Shown: positions 19,309-29,517, counted from the first letter of the stretch. The stretch: DNA of 64,000 nt from Halobacteriovoraceae bacterium (GCA_963719505.1 CAVRCF010000001.1:1120001-1184000); one strand, 5' to 3'. The notes: generated by a model from the letters alone, not told the origin. Made by a program: numbers and translations.

Positions 19309-20169
19309 ATGATTTTGTTTATAACAAACCTTTTTATCTTTGCTTTAATTTTCTGGAAAATTTCGGACAAGCCTCTTAACGTTGAAGTCTTGAAATCTAG
19401 AGATTCACTAAAGCTGGGCAATGCGCTTTTTGAGCAATTAATGATCTTAGGATCTTTGGGGCATAGGGGAAAGAATAATATTGAACTGAAGCGGTATAAG
19501 TTTTTTACCAAAATAGTCGACTCCCTTATGACTTCGTCTGTTCAATATGGAACTTCTGTTCATGAATATTTGCCCAAGATTAAAAAGGCACTCGTTAGTG
19601 ATTTGCGGTTTGAAAAAAAACTAAAGAATGAATTATTGGGAGGTCTTTTTCAAATGGCCACTGTCCAAGTCTTCTCTTTTATTTTTGTTATGTGTCTGTT
19701 CTATCAATTAAACATCCGCTTTCGAATAATTGATCTTTGGTTTCCTCTCTGTTTGCAAGCTGCGGGTTATATTCTTTTAGTAACTCTCTTTTATGTCATA
19801 AAAAAAAGAACGTTCTCAAGTGTTGAAAGATATATAGAGACATTCTATCTTGTGAGTTCACTTTTGTTCGCAAGACTTCCTCTTGGAAAAATCCACGAAC
19901 AGTGCAAGATTGATTTGCTTCCAAGCAAAAGAGACCTAAACATTTTTAAAAGTAGACTCTCAATCATTTTTCAAGAAATTAAACGAACTGGTACCATTCA
20001 GGACCAAGAAATAGATATCTCCATAGAAGAGCTTTGGTTTTTAGTTGAGTATAAATTCGATACATTTTTAAAACACTTAGCAGCATTAAAATTGGTCATT
20101 ATCGTCTTCTTTTTCTTGAGCTCATTTATGGTCATTCTGATGGATGTTTTGTCGACTCTTAAACTTTGA
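19309..20169 (+). CDS. Membrane protein, TadB/TadC (T2SS F)-like
   Basis: Topology of cytoplasmic domain, TM pair, cytoplasmic domain and TM; QYGTSV resembles the PilC/TadB fold; family call tentative. Confidence 0.45.
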   Translation: MILFITNLFIFALIFWKISDKPLNVEVLKSRDSLKLGNALFEQLMILGSLGHRGKNNIELKRYKFFTKIVDSLMTSSVQYGTSVHEYLPKIKKALVSDLRFEKKLKNELLGGLFQMATVQVFSFIFVMCLFYQLNIRFRIIDLWFPLCLQAAGYILLVTLFYVIKKRTFSSVERYIETFYLVSSLLFARLPLGKIHEQCKIDLLPSKRDLNIFKSRLSIIFQEIKRTGTIQDQEIDISIEELWFLVEYKFDTFLKHLAALKLVIIVFFFLSSFMVILMDVLSTLKL

Positions 20170-20250
20170 ATTTTAGATGACTGTAAGGACTTAACCATAG
20201 ACTGATAGGCCTTAATTTGATTAAATCATGAAAAATTAAAAAGGATTGAT

Positions 20251-21924
20251 ATGACACAGAAGATTATTTTCTCTATGTCGAGAGTGAGTAAGACTTACCC
20301 CGGCAAAAAAACAGTTATCAAAGATGTAAGTCTTTCATTTTTCTATGGCGCCAAAATTGGAGTCTTGGGTTTAAATGGGGCAGGTAAGTCTACGGTTTTG
20401 AGAATTATCGCAGGTCTTGATAAAGAATATGATGGAGAAGTAAATCTCTCAAAGGGAGTCTCCGTCGGGTACCTTGAGCAGGAGCCAAAGCTTGATCCAG
20501 ACAAGACAGTCAAAGAGATTGTCGAACAAGGAGCAGCCGAGCATGTTGCCATAAGAGATGCTTATGAAGCTATAAATGAGAAGTTTGCTGATCCAGATGC
20601 TGATATGGATGCCTTACTTGAAGAGCAAGGCAAACTACAAGACAAGATGGATGCTTACAATATATGGGACCTCGACTCTAAACTCGATTTAGCAATGGAC
20701 GCACTTCGTTGTCCACCCCCAGAACAAAAGTGTGGAGTTCTCTCCGGTGGTGAGAAAAGACGAGTTGCTCTTTGTCGTCTCCTTTTGCAAGAGCCAGATG
20801 TTCTTTTGTTGGATGAACCTACTAACCATCTTGATGCTGAAACGGTTTTCTGGTTAGAGAGGCACCTTCAAAGTTATAAGGGAACTGTTATCGCGATCAC
20901 TCACGATAGATATTTCCTCGATAATGTTGCAGGTTGGATTCTAGAAATGGACAGGGGACGTGGAATTCCTTGGGAAGGAAACTATTCTTCATGGTTGGAG
21001 CAAAAGTCTAAACGTCTCGCTCAGGAAGAGAAAACAGAGTCTAAAAGACAAAAAGCTCTAAAGAGAGAATTAGAATTTATAAATTCCTCTCAAAAAGCTA
21101 GGCAAGCTAAAGGTAAAGCGAGAATTAATAACTATAATCAAATGCTCGATTCTAATACTAGTGAAAAGAGAAATGAGACAAATGATATGTTTATACCAAA
21201 TGGTCCTAGACTAGGAGACGTCGTTATTGATGCTTCTCAAGTCGCAAAGTCCTTTGGTGAAAAGCTCCTTTATGACAATTTGAATTTTAAACTTCCACCC
21301 GGTGGTATCGTTGGTATTATTGGTCCAAACGGCGCTGGTAAGACAACACTTTTCAAAATGATAACGGGTCAGGAAAAACCAGATGCTGGTACTTTCAAAG
21401 TCGGGGAAACTGTCAAGTTAGCTTATGTTGACCAAAGCCGAGAGATGGATCCAAACAAAACAATCTTTGATGTTGTTGCCAATAGTTTAGATGTCATAGA
21501 GGTTGAAGGAAAAGAAGTAAACTCAAGAGCATATATTTCAAAATTCAACTTTTCAGGTGAAGATCAAAAGAAAAAGGTTTCAGAGCTATCAGGTGGAGAG
21601 AGAAACAGGGTTCATTTAGCGACAATGCTTAAAGAGGGTGGAAATGTTCTCTTGCTTGATGAGCCTACGAATGATCTTGATGTGAACACTCTTCAAGCCC
21701 TTGAAGAGGCACTTGATAGTTATGCAGGTTGTGGCGTTGTTATTTCTCACGATAGATATTTTATTGATAGAATCGCAACACATATCTTGGCCTTCGAAGG
21801 CGACTCACACGTTGAGTGGTTTGAAGGAAACTTTTCAGACTATATGGAAGATAAGAAGCGACGACTTGGAGATGCGGCTGATATTCCTCATCGAATAAGC
21901 TATAAGAAGCTTAAGCGTGACTAA
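20251..21924 (+). CDS. ettA: Energy-dependent translational throttle protein (ABC-F)
   Basis: SLSFFYGAKIGVLGLNGAGKST, twin ABC domains, DNVAGWILEMDRG. Confidence 0.95.
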   Translation: MTQKIIFSMSRVSKTYPGKKTVIKDVSLSFFYGAKIGVLGLNGAGKSTVLRIIAGLDKEYDGEVNLSKGVSVGYLEQEPKLDPDKTVKEIVEQGAAEHVAIRDAYEAINEKFADPDADMDALLEEQGKLQDKMDAYNIWDLDSKLDLAMDALRCPPPEQKCGVLSGGEKRRVALCRLLLQEPDVLLLDEPTNHLDAETVFWLERHLQSYKGTVIAITHDRYFLDNVAGWILEMDRGRGIPWEGNYSSWLEQKSKRLAQEEKTESKRQKALKRELEFINSSQKARQAKGKARINNYNQMLDSNTSEKRNETNDMFIPNGPRLGDVVIDASQVAKSFGEKLLYDNLNFKLPPGGIVGIIGPNGAGKTTLFKMITGQEKPDAGTFKVGETVKLAYVDQSREMDPNKTIFDVVANSLDVIEVEGKEVNSRAYISKFNFSGEDQKKKVSELSGGERNRVHLATMLKEGGNVLLLDEPTNDLDVNTLQALEEALDSYAGCGVVISHDRYFIDRIATHILAFEGDSHVEWFEGNFSDYMEDKKRRLGDAADIPHRISYKKLKRD

Positions 21925-22843
21925 TTCTTTAGATTTTCAAAAAATTCTTGAGGAAATCGAACAAGAAGTTAAACAGTTCTATGGAATTGGAGAGGTTGCC
22001 AATTATATTCCCGAACTTGCAAACATCGATCCTGATTCCTTTTCTATGTCGGTCCATTTTTTAAGTGGTCAACATCATAGTGTCGGGAGCTTTGATAAAC
22101 CCTTTTCTATTCAATCGATCTCAAAAGTTTTTCTTCTTGTGATGGCCATGAAAATGGAGAAATCAGATCTGTGGAAAAGAGTGGGTAAAGAGCCCTCCGG
22201 GAATAGTTTCAATTCTCTTGTCCAACTTGAAGGTGAAAACGGTATTCCAAGAAACCCTTTTATCAATGCAGGAGCCCTTGTTACAACAGACTCTGTCGTC
22301 AATAGATCTGAAAACGCTTATTCTTTGATATTGGATTTTGTCAGAAGACTAGCTTGCAACAATGACATCAATTACAATCTGGATGTTGCAAACTCTGAAA
22401 TTGAGGTTTCTGACAGAAATATGGCATTGGCATATTTCATGAAAAGCTTCAAAAATATTACATCTGACCCTCAAGACCTGGTTGATATTTATTGTCATCA
22501 CTGCTCTCTTGAACTCACAACGCTTGATTTAAGTCGCGCATTTCTATTTCTCGCAAATAATGGAGCTGTTCCTGAGACAAAAGAAAAAATTATTTCAAGC
22601 ACTGATACAAAAAGAATAAACTCTTTAATGATAACCTCAGGTTTGTACGACAACGTAGGGGAGTTTGCTTATAAAGTGGGGCTTCCTGCAAAGTCTGGGG
22701 TTGGTGGCGGAATCGTAGCGGTCATGCCAGGACTATTCACAGTAAGTGTTTGGTCTCCAAGACTTAATAGCCACGGTAATTCATTTATAGGTTTAAAAGC
22801 TTTAGAATTGTTTACTGATAAGACAGGTATTTCGATCTTTTAA
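21917..22843 (+). CDS. glsA: Glutaminase
   Basis: YIPELA, FSIQSISK, NPFINAGA, PAKSGVGGG. Confidence 0.95.
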   Translation: MTNSLDFQKILEEIEQEVKQFYGIGEVANYIPELANIDPDSFSMSVHFLSGQHHSVGSFDKPFSIQSISKVFLLVMAMKMEKSDLWKRVGKEPSGNSFNSLVQLEGENGIPRNPFINAGALVTTDSVVNRSENAYSLILDFVRRLACNNDINYNLDVANSEIEVSDRNMALAYFMKSFKNITSDPQDLVDIYCHHCSLELTTLDLSRAFLFLANNGAVPETKEKIISSTDTKRINSLMITSGLYDNVGEFAYKVGLPAKSGVGGGIVAVMPGLFTVSVWSPRLNSHGNSFIGLKALELFTDKTGISIF

Positions 22844-22874
22844 AAAAGGAAGGCCCTGAGGAGATCAGGGCCTT
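22842..22874 (-). terminator. Intrinsic terminator (U-tract on minus strand, may be bidirectional)
   Basis: AAGGCCCTGA-ggaga-TCAGGGCCTT stem with an A-run at 22842-22847. Confidence 0.7.
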
Positions 22875-23259
22875 AACGAAACACTTAACGATAGGGTTTG
22901 GAGACCGTTTCTAAGCTGCAGGAAGTAAACTCGAGAGAGTTTGTCAGCCGAAGAGAAGTATAGTTAGCTTTGAAGGCTAGAGTATTCGGACAGTTGATAA
23001 TGGTCGCCCTCAAAGCTAAAAAATGTGCGTCCTTTGTTGGGGACAAAAAGAAAGCTTTTACACTTCATTCTTTTTTTGAAATAGTTTCCAAAAATTCAAA
23101 CTTATATAAAACCTCCTTGTTATTATTAAATGATTTGTTCAATCATTTTGTTGTACTTAGATTATGAGAATTATGAGGGGAAAGCTTTTCTGAAATGTAT
23201 TTAATTGTAACAAATTGTACCCACGATTTTTTCTTTAAATACTTGTGATATGGTGAGTT

Positions 23260-23955
23260 ATGGCAAATATAATTGTACTCGAAGATGACATTAAATTAGG
23301 AGAACTCGTAAAGAGCTATCTGGAAAAAAATGAGCATAAAGTCACTCACGCATTAAGACCGTCAATTGGTCTTGACCTTATTAATAAAGAAAAATTCGAT
23401 CTTCTGGTTCTTGATGTCATGATGCCGGAGATGGATGGCTTTGAAGTTCTAAAAAAACTTCGAGATGAAAAAAATGAAATTCCTGTCATTATGCTTACGG
23501 CCAGAGGTGATACCGCAGATAGAATAGTAGGCTTAGAGTTGGGGGCAGACGATTATCTTCCTAAACCTTTTGAACCTCGAGAGTTGCTGGCAAGAATTGA
23601 TTCAATTCTTCGAAGAAGTGCTACCGATGAAAGTGTAACATTGCCAACGATTTATAAAGTAAAAAATTTAGAAGTTAATTTTGATAGAAGAGAAGCTTAT
23701 CTTCACGGGGAAAATCTTGATCTCACCACCATGGAGTTTGAACTCCTAACTGTCTTTATCAAAGAGAAAGGTAAGGCACTCAGTCGAGATGATATAATGA
23801 ATAATCTTCAAGGAATAGACTCAAACGTCTTTAGTCGCTCTATCGATATCTCCGTCAGTCGTCTTCGACAAAAACTAGGTGATAGTAAGAAAGAGACAAA
23901 ATTTATAAAAACTATTTGGGGCAAAGGCTATATGTTTATTGGAGCAGATAGTTGA
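23260..23955 (+). CDS. OmpR/CpxR-family response regulator
   Basis: LDVMMP, GLELGADDYLPKPF, KTIWGKGY. Confidence 0.92.
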   Translation: MANIIVLEDDIKLGELVKSYLEKNEHKVTHALRPSIGLDLINKEKFDLLVLDVMMPEMDGFEVLKKLRDEKNEIPVIMLTARGDTADRIVGLELGADDYLPKPFEPRELLARIDSILRRSATDESVTLPTIYKVKNLEVNFDRREAYLHGENLDLTTMEFELLTVFIKEKGKALSRDDIMNNLQGIDSNVFSRSIDISVSRLRQKLGDSKKETKFIKTIWGKGYMFIGADS

Positions 23956-25175
23956 GTCAGATAAAGAGAAGACATACTCTTTTTGGAAGATTACTTGTCG
24001 TTTTCTTTGGAGCAGCGATCGCAATCGGAATCGCTTGGGTCATTAGTTTTAAATTTTTGTCTAACGACTCTTATAAAAAATCCTTTAATAAAAATATCAT
24101 TACTTATACCCGTTTAATTGCCGACAAAATGAGATTTGATCCACTTGCTCAATCTGTTATTGAGAAAGCTGCTGGTGTTAAAATTATTACAAACCGCTAT
24201 GAGATCATTGGTCTGATCAATAAAAAAGATTTGCACTTCAAGCGATTGACTTCATATATATCGGTTACTCAACCTCAAAAAGTGTTTTACGTTCTCTATG
24301 AAAATAACTTTGAATTCTTTATGATCAGAGTTGTAGACCAGACTTTTCATCCAGAAAGAGTTGAAGCGATTATTCTTTCATTGATTTTAGCTTTGATAAT
24401 ACTCTTTTTCCTTTATAAAAAGGTACAAAATATATTTAGACCCGTTGAAAAAATTCAAAAAATGGCGATTGAATATGGTAAAGGAAGATTTGATCAACTC
24501 ATTCCTGTTGAGGGAGATGGACAGTTGGCGGATTTGACCAGGTCGATAAATGACCTCGCTTTAAGAGTGAGCTCAATGCTTAATGCAAAAAGAGATTTAC
24601 TTCTTGCTATAGGACACGAACTTAAAACCCCCCTTGCTCGTTTGAGAATGCAGATAGAACTATTGGATGAGAAACACCCTGAGATGGTCGAAAATATAAC
24701 TGAAATGACTTCCATCATTGATAGTTTACTTGAAGCTGAGAGGGTTTCTCATCACTCTGATCTTAGCAAAGAGAAGGTCGATCTTGTCAGTTTTTTACAA
24801 AACTACAAATCCTATGAAGTCTCTGTCGATGCAACAGGAGAGTTAGAACTAGAAATTGATCCGATTCGAATGGATTTAGTTTTAAAAAATATTATAAATA
24901 ATTCTCTAAAATACTCAGGCCCTTCTCCTTTGATCCAAATAGTACTTAAAAACTCTGAAAGGGAAATTTGGATAACTGATAATGGTCCTGGTGTTAAAGG
25001 GGATAATCTAAACTCTCTAACTGAAGCATTCTATAGACCAGACGAAGGTCGATGTCGAGATGATGGTGGAGTGGGATTGGGTCTTTATTTAGTCAAAAAT
25101 ATTATAGATGCTCATGATGGTGAAATTAATTTTATTAATATGAATCCGGGTCTTCGAGTTATTATAAAGCTTTAA
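23952..25175 (+). CDS. Sensor histidine kinase with HAMP domain
   Basis: Two TM helices, HAMP, GHELKTPLAR, DNGPG, GGVGLGL. Confidence 0.92.
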   Translation: MSQIKRRHTLFGRLLVVFFGAAIAIGIAWVISFKFLSNDSYKKSFNKNIITYTRLIADKMRFDPLAQSVIEKAAGVKIITNRYEIIGLINKKDLHFKRLTSYISVTQPQKVFYVLYENNFEFFMIRVVDQTFHPERVEAIILSLILALIILFFLYKKVQNIFRPVEKIQKMAIEYGKGRFDQLIPVEGDGQLADLTRSINDLALRVSSMLNAKRDLLLAIGHELKTPLARLRMQIELLDEKHPEMVENITEMTSIIDSLLEAERVSHHSDLSKEKVDLVSFLQNYKSYEVSVDATGELELEIDPIRMDLVLKNIINNSLKYSGPSPLIQIVLKNSEREIWITDNGPGVKGDNLNSLTEAFYRPDEGRCRDDGGVGLGLYLVKNIIDAHDGEINFINMNPGLRVIIKL

Positions 25176-26235
25176 TTGCTATCTCTTCTCTATTTTCACA
25201 GACCTCGTGGAAAACCTGTTGTTTTTCGCTACCGAAAATATCTATGATTTGGTCGATTTTTTTGTCTTTGATAAAAACAACATTATCAACACTTTGACAA
25301 ATGATCTTCAAGATTAAGTCGTAGGAGAGATTCGAGTTACCATGAAGAAGAAAGAGAAGTGTTGCCCTATGAATTGCATCGACGGCTGAATTGGCGTGAA
25401 TGGTGGTTAGCATCCCCCTGTGACCTGTATTCATAGCTTGAATAAATGTAGTCACTTCCTTGGATCTCATTTCTCCTAGTATAATTCTCTCTGGTGACAT
25501 TCTTAGTCCATGAGTTAGCAAAGAGTCTAGAGATCCTGAGTTTCTTTGTGTTGAAAGAAGTCTTGTAACGTTTTGATGGGGGGAAATAATCTCTTTGGTG
25601 TCCTCTAGAACTAATAAATGCTCACAAGGCTTAGTTTCAGTTAGAAGACTGTTTATAAGAGTTGTTTTTCCAGAACCTGTGGCGCCGGCGACAATGATGT
25701 TTCTTCTTCCACTGACTAGCTTCTTGAGTTTTTCATGGTGTCTGTAATGACTGAGCGAGATGGCTGATGCATTAAGAACTCGAAAAAAAGCCTTGGGCTT
25801 ATTTGACTCCGTTAGACTTCCATCTGTTAAACTCACTCTAAATCTATTTTTTTGAATAACACAATAAAATGAACAAAATGGAGTTTCAATATTCCACGAA
25901 GCCCCATTTTGTAGAGCTATAATTGAGAGAACGCTTTTGAAATCATCGCCATGAAGATCATGGAGAAATTCGCTACTGCCAGCTGAATCCTTGATCAGTG
26001 AGAAGCTTTCATCATGAAGAAAAATCTCCTCAGTTGTCGGTGGTATCTTTTCTAAAAATTTCTGCTTAAAAAGAAGAGTGTGCCACCTTTTGAGAGCATT
26101 GACTTCAATTTCGCCTAAGAACTCTAAAGGATTTTCAAGGTGAGATGTATATAGCTCTCTCCAGCTAATTAATTGTCCTTTATCTACTGATCTTCTTATA
26201 TAGTCTTTATACTTATTCACGACTATCCTCCACAT
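25162..26235 (-). CDS. cpaF: Tad pilus assembly ATPase (CpaF/TadA family)
   Basis: GATGSGKTT, LEDTKE, GLRMSPERIILGEMR, MNTGHRG..TTIHANS. Confidence 0.85.
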   Translation of the reverse strand: MWRIVVNKYKDYIRRSVDKGQLISWRELYTSHLENPLEFLGEIEVNALKRWHTLLFKQKFLEKIPPTTEEIFLHDESFSLIKDSAGSSEFLHDLHGDDFKSVLSIIALQNGASWNIETPFCSFYCVIQKNRFRVSLTDGSLTESNKPKAFFRVLNASAISLSHYRHHEKLKKLVSGRRNIIVAGATGSGKTTLINSLLTETKPCEHLLVLEDTKEIISPHQNVTRLLSTQRNSGSLDSLLTHGLRMSPERIILGEMRSKEVTTFIQAMNTGHRGMLTTIHANSAVDAIHRATLLFLLHGNSNLSYDLILKIICQSVDNVVFIKDKKIDQIIDIFGSEKQQVFHEVCENREEIAIKAL

Positions 26236-27673
26236 TTATATAGCAGATAATATGCTTGTAGCTTCTTGAGTGAGATGTTCCTGAAAATAGATATTTTAAA
26301 AATGGGATTTTATTTAAGTAGGGTATTCCCTCTAGTTTTGATTGGTCAAAGCTGTGACCAATCTCAAAGAGTTTGGAATACTTATTTAGCTTCACATAGA
26401 GTCCTGCTTTACCCTTTGTTCCCTCTATCGTGTCAGTTCTTGGTGTGGTTAGAGTGGATTCGTAAGACAGAAATGGCTTTCCATTTTTTTTAGAGAGAAG
26501 TGTTTTTATTTTTAGACCATAAAATTTCCACTGAGTATTTTGTCCAATTGTCGACGTTGTTGTCACTGGAATCTCACCTCCAAGGGATAATGAAGCCTTA
26601 GAATTTAAGGTTATTACGGCTTGAGGTTCTGATAGGAGGGTTGCCTTAATATTAAGTTCAGAAACATTTATACTCTCGCCTTCAATCAGAGATAAATGCT
26701 TTCCTTGAATAAGATTTATAAGCGGAGAGCTAAGTTTGGATAATCCTACTTTTATATTTCTATCATCCATTGACTCCACTTGGATAATCTTAAACTTTGC
26801 AAGATAGTTCTTATCTGAAAAGTGATCTATTTCTCGATCAAAAGAGATAAAAAGTTGGGCCTCCAGTTCCTTTACTACAGGGTCTTTGAGATCAATACCG
26901 TCAACGGAGCAATAGATTGAAATCTTCAAGTTTTTACAAATAACCTTACTTGCACCAAATTTATATAAAGAAGAGTAAGTCCTCTCAAAAATTGAATTTC
27001 TAACCTTTTTGGAAAGAGAGATATCAAAAACTAAATTCTCGCTCTTTAGAGATGTAATCTTTTGGATCGCCAAATAAGCTCTTAGGCTATCAACGACTCC
27101 TGTGACCAAAGCGTAGTCACCTTCCAGTGATACATTTAGTCCGATTCTTTTAAGTGTTTCCACATTCTTAAGCTTTTTCAGTTGTTCTCTCTTTGAACTA
27201 ACGTAAATATGGTAAGTTAGCTTGTTTTTACCAGACCAGATGACAAGATCACTGAAGCCAATAGACTTACCCTTAATATAGATTTTTTTTTCTTTTGAGC
27301 GAAAGATGGACTTAATAACTTCTTTATTGCCTACCGAATAATGCGTTAGGCTTTGCGCGTCAATTGTCAACTGTTCACCTTTGCCGATGAAGATGTCCTT
27401 TATTGCTTCATTTGCAGCTATGGCGTAAGATGTACTATAATTTGCGGAAATCAAAAAGATTTTGACAAAAAGCAGGAATCTAGATAAATATAGTGACCTA
27501 ATTTTAAAAATATAGAAACGTAAGGATATTGTTATGGCATCTAAGACTATGCAAACTAAATGTAGAAGAAAGTTAAGAGAGAAAAACGCTGGTAAGAAAA
27601 GAAAGAACAAACTTGCTAACGAAGGTTCAACTCCAAAGTTCGCTATACATAAAGATAAAAAATAATCTGTCAT
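26213..27673 (-). CDS. Tad secretin-like protein (RcpA/CpaC family); start uncertain
   Basis: SVGNKEVI...GKSIGFSDLVIW N-domain; GGEIP, QWKFYGL and GIPYLNKIPFLKYLF secretin motifs; ATG 27673 has SD GGAG. Confidence 0.75.
   Translation of the reverse strand: MTDYFLSLCIANFGVEPSLASLFFLFLPAFFSLNFLLHLVCIVLDAITISLRFYIFKIRSLYLSRFLLFVKIFLISANYSTSYAIAANEAIKDIFIGKGEQLTIDAQSLTHYSVGNKEVIKSIFRSKEKKIYIKGKSIGFSDLVIWSGKNKLTYHIYVSSKREQLKKLKNVETLKRIGLNVSLEGDYALVTGVVDSLRAYLAIQKITSLKSENLVFDISLSKKVRNSIFERTYSSLYKFGASKVICKNLKISIYCSVDGIDLKDPVVKELEAQLFISFDREIDHFSDKNYLAKFKIIQVESMDDRNIKVGLSKLSSPLINLIQGKHLSLIEGESINVSELNIKATLLSEPQAVITLNSKASLSLGGEIPVTTTSTIGQNTQWKFYGLKIKTLLSKKNGKPFLSYESTLTTPRTDTIEGTKGKAGLYVKLNKYSKLFEIGHSFDQSKLEGIPYLNKIPFLKYLFSGTSHSRSYKHIICYINVEDSRE
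27534..27665 (+). CDS. Small Lys/Arg-rich protein (43 aa), not in ORF track
   Basis: SD AAGGA then ATG; MASKTMQTKCRRKLREKNAGKKRKNKLANEGSTPKFAIHKDKK*; TTGACA at 27462. Confidence 0.7.
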   Translation: MASKTMQTKCRRKLREKNAGKKRKNKLANEGSTPKFAIHKDKK

Positions 27674-27689
27674 AGGTTGCTCCACGGGG

Positions 27690-27983
27690 TTACCTAAATG
27701 TTAAAAGAGAATTTATTTTAAATTTTATATCTTGGGAGATCGTTATAAGATCTCCCTTTTTATTTATACAGAGATTAAGAAACCTCTGATCGTAAGCAGC
27801 TTCAATGCAGTCTCCCTTTTTTATCTGAATAAGATCACCAGGTATAGAATAGCGTTCAATGAAAATTGACTTCACCCAAAGGGCGTTTTCAATCGAATCA
27901 TTTTCATACTTAATATTAATTTGGGACGCCAATACTAAGTTGAAAGCTGAAACTAATATCAAAAGACTAAAAAATGACTTCAT
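27690..27983 (-). CDS. Small secreted protein in tad cluster
   Basis: Signal peptide; overlaps the upstream gene; SD GGAGG. Confidence 0.6.
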   Translation of the reverse strand: MKSFFSLLILVSAFNLVLASQINIKYENDSIENALWVKSIFIERYSIPGDLIQIKKGDCIEAAYDQRFLNLCINKKGDLITISQDIKFKINSLLTFR

Positions 27984-28401
27984 AGGACCTTCTTTTGCGA
28001 GATTTGGTGATTTTTAGGTTTGTGGGGTAAAACAGAAAGCTTTTTGATAAGTTTATTCGTTTTGCGTCTTCAGCGTGTATGTGAATCATGTATTCAGAAG
28101 TGATTACACTTGTTCCTAAGATTTGACCTTGATCACCTTCAATCTTTTCTAAAACAAAAACATTCTTAAAGATAGTTTGGTTATCTTTAGATATCATCTG
28201 TACTGGAACTCTGCTATCGAGAGAGGTTTTGTTTTCAGCATTAACTTTGAGTAAAATATAGTCTGCTCTAGGGTTTGAGCTTTGAGAGTTTTTCGGATTT
28301 TTCGGTGTTGAACTCGAAAGTAAAAAGACAGACGCATTGCTAAGGAAGAGGACAAAGAGAAATTTAATTTTTATAGAGCGACTAATACTTTTATTTTCCA
28401 T
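27967..28401 (-). CDS. Membrane-anchored tad-cluster protein (CpaB-like position)
   Basis: Start reassigned to ATG 28401 (SD GGAGG); N-terminal TM helix. Confidence 0.55.
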   Translation of the reverse strand: MENKSISRSIKIKFLFVLFLSNASVFLLSSSTPKNPKNSQSSNPRADYILLKVNAENKTSLDSRVPVQMISKDNQTIFKNVFVLEKIEGDQGQILGTSVITSEYMIHIHAEDAKRINLSKSFLFYPTNLKITKSRKRRSYEVIF

Positions 28402-28645
28402 ATTTATCCTCCAGCTTTTTCCACTTCGACATAAATATCCGGGTATTTTGAACTTCAACTTTATGAAGATTTGAATAGATCTTAAAAAGAGAAAAAATAG
28501 AAAGAGTAATAAAAGAGCACAGTATAAGTATCTCTGTCTGACCTTGACCTTTTTGTTTTAGTAGAAACTTATTTGGGTCTTTATGGCCTTTAAATGCATT
28601 TTTGACCTTATGAGGTTTGATTTGTTCCCACTTGAATATCCCCAT
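28391..28645 (-). CDS. Pseudopilin-like protein (TadE-like)
   Basis: KGQGQTE prepilin-like motif followed by a hydrophobic helix; SD AAGGAG. Confidence 0.6.
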   Translation of the reverse strand: MGIFKWEQIKPHKVKNAFKGHKDPNKFLLKQKGQGQTEILILCSFITLSIFSLFKIYSNLHKVEVQNTRIFMSKWKKLEDKYGK

Positions 28646-29100
28646 TCTTTTCTCCTTTTAGCTACAGTACCGCTTTTATTTCGTCTTAATTTAACGACCG
28701 CAGATGTCTGGTAGAAAGTTTTAGCGACATTTGGAGTGAATAAACATGATCGATTGAATAAAGTGGCAATATTTTTCAAAAATGAAAGGTGATAGATATC
28801 CTGTGTTTTTTGAGTTAATGTCTTGGCCCTTTGAGCATTAATAGTGACTGCTGGGTTTGTGATAAGCCCAACCATCTGACCTAGGTTCGCCAAATTAATA
28901 ATATTGTTGGTGAGCTCTATCATTTTTTTATGACTTGTTATAAGTCCATTAGCTTCTTTTACGCAGAGAAAATTTTGAAAAGTTCTTTTATGTCTTTTTA
29001 TATCGTTTGATTTTTTTATGATGGCCAAGCTGCCTATGCTAATAATTGAAAGTAAGAAGACCAGTCCTAGCGATGTAATATTTCCTTTTTCATTAATCAT
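28558..29100 (-). CDS. Pseudopilin-like protein (TadG-like)
   Basis: NEKG cleavage-like motif followed by a hydrophobic helix. Confidence 0.55.
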   Translation of the reverse strand: MINEKGNITSLGLVFLLSIISIGSLAIIKKSNDIKRHKRTFQNFLCVKEANGLITSHKKMIELTNNIINLANLGQMVGLITNPAVTINAQRAKTLTQKTQDIYHLSFLKNIATLFNRSCLFTPNVAKTFYQTSAVVKLRRNKSGTVAKRRKEWGYSSGNKSNLIRSKMHLKAIKTQISFY

Positions 29101-29338
29101 TGCTAAGACTCCCTTCTAATTTAAAGCGCAGTGAATTCCCTTCAAAAATACAGAAATAAGGCAAGCGGGAGAGTTTTCGAAAATCTGAGCTTTTAGAGCC
29201 TGTTTGTGAAAGTACTTTGAAAAGATCCCTCTCTGTTTGTCTTCGATGACATTCAATCTTACGAAGAGTTTTTTGAAATGAGCTAAAAAATCCAATAAAG
29301 AGTATGAAGGCCAAAAGAGTTGAGAACAGATAGCTCAC
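29093..29338 (-). CDS. Small membrane-anchored protein in tad cluster
   Basis: GTG overlaps the Flp stop (TAGTG); N-terminal TM helix. Confidence 0.55.
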   Translation of the reverse strand: MSYLFSTLLAFILFIGFFSSFQKTLRKIECHRRQTERDLFKVLSQTGSKSSDFRKLSRLPYFCIFEGNSLRFKLEGSLSND

Positions 29339-29517
29339 TAGTTAATTTTAATCTCTTTTACAATCTTGCTATTCATCTGCTCAAGTCTCGTATCAAGACT
29401 TTTCCCAATTTTTTTAACAGCAGCAAGGCAAAAAATTCCTATGAGACTGGTGATTAAGATGTATTCCATTACACCTTGGCCCTTTTGATTTCTCAATAAT
29501 CCTACTTTTTTAGTCAT
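29338..29517 (-). CDS. flp: Flp/Fap type IVb pilin (59 aa), not in ORF track
   Basis: SD AGGAG; MTKKVGLLRNQKG|QGVMEYILITSLIGIFCLAAV..., with the Flp motif G|QxxxEY. Confidence 0.9.
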   Translation of the reverse strand: MTKKVGLLRNQKGQGVMEYILITSLIGIFCLAAVKKIGKSLDTRLEQMNSKIVKEIKIN

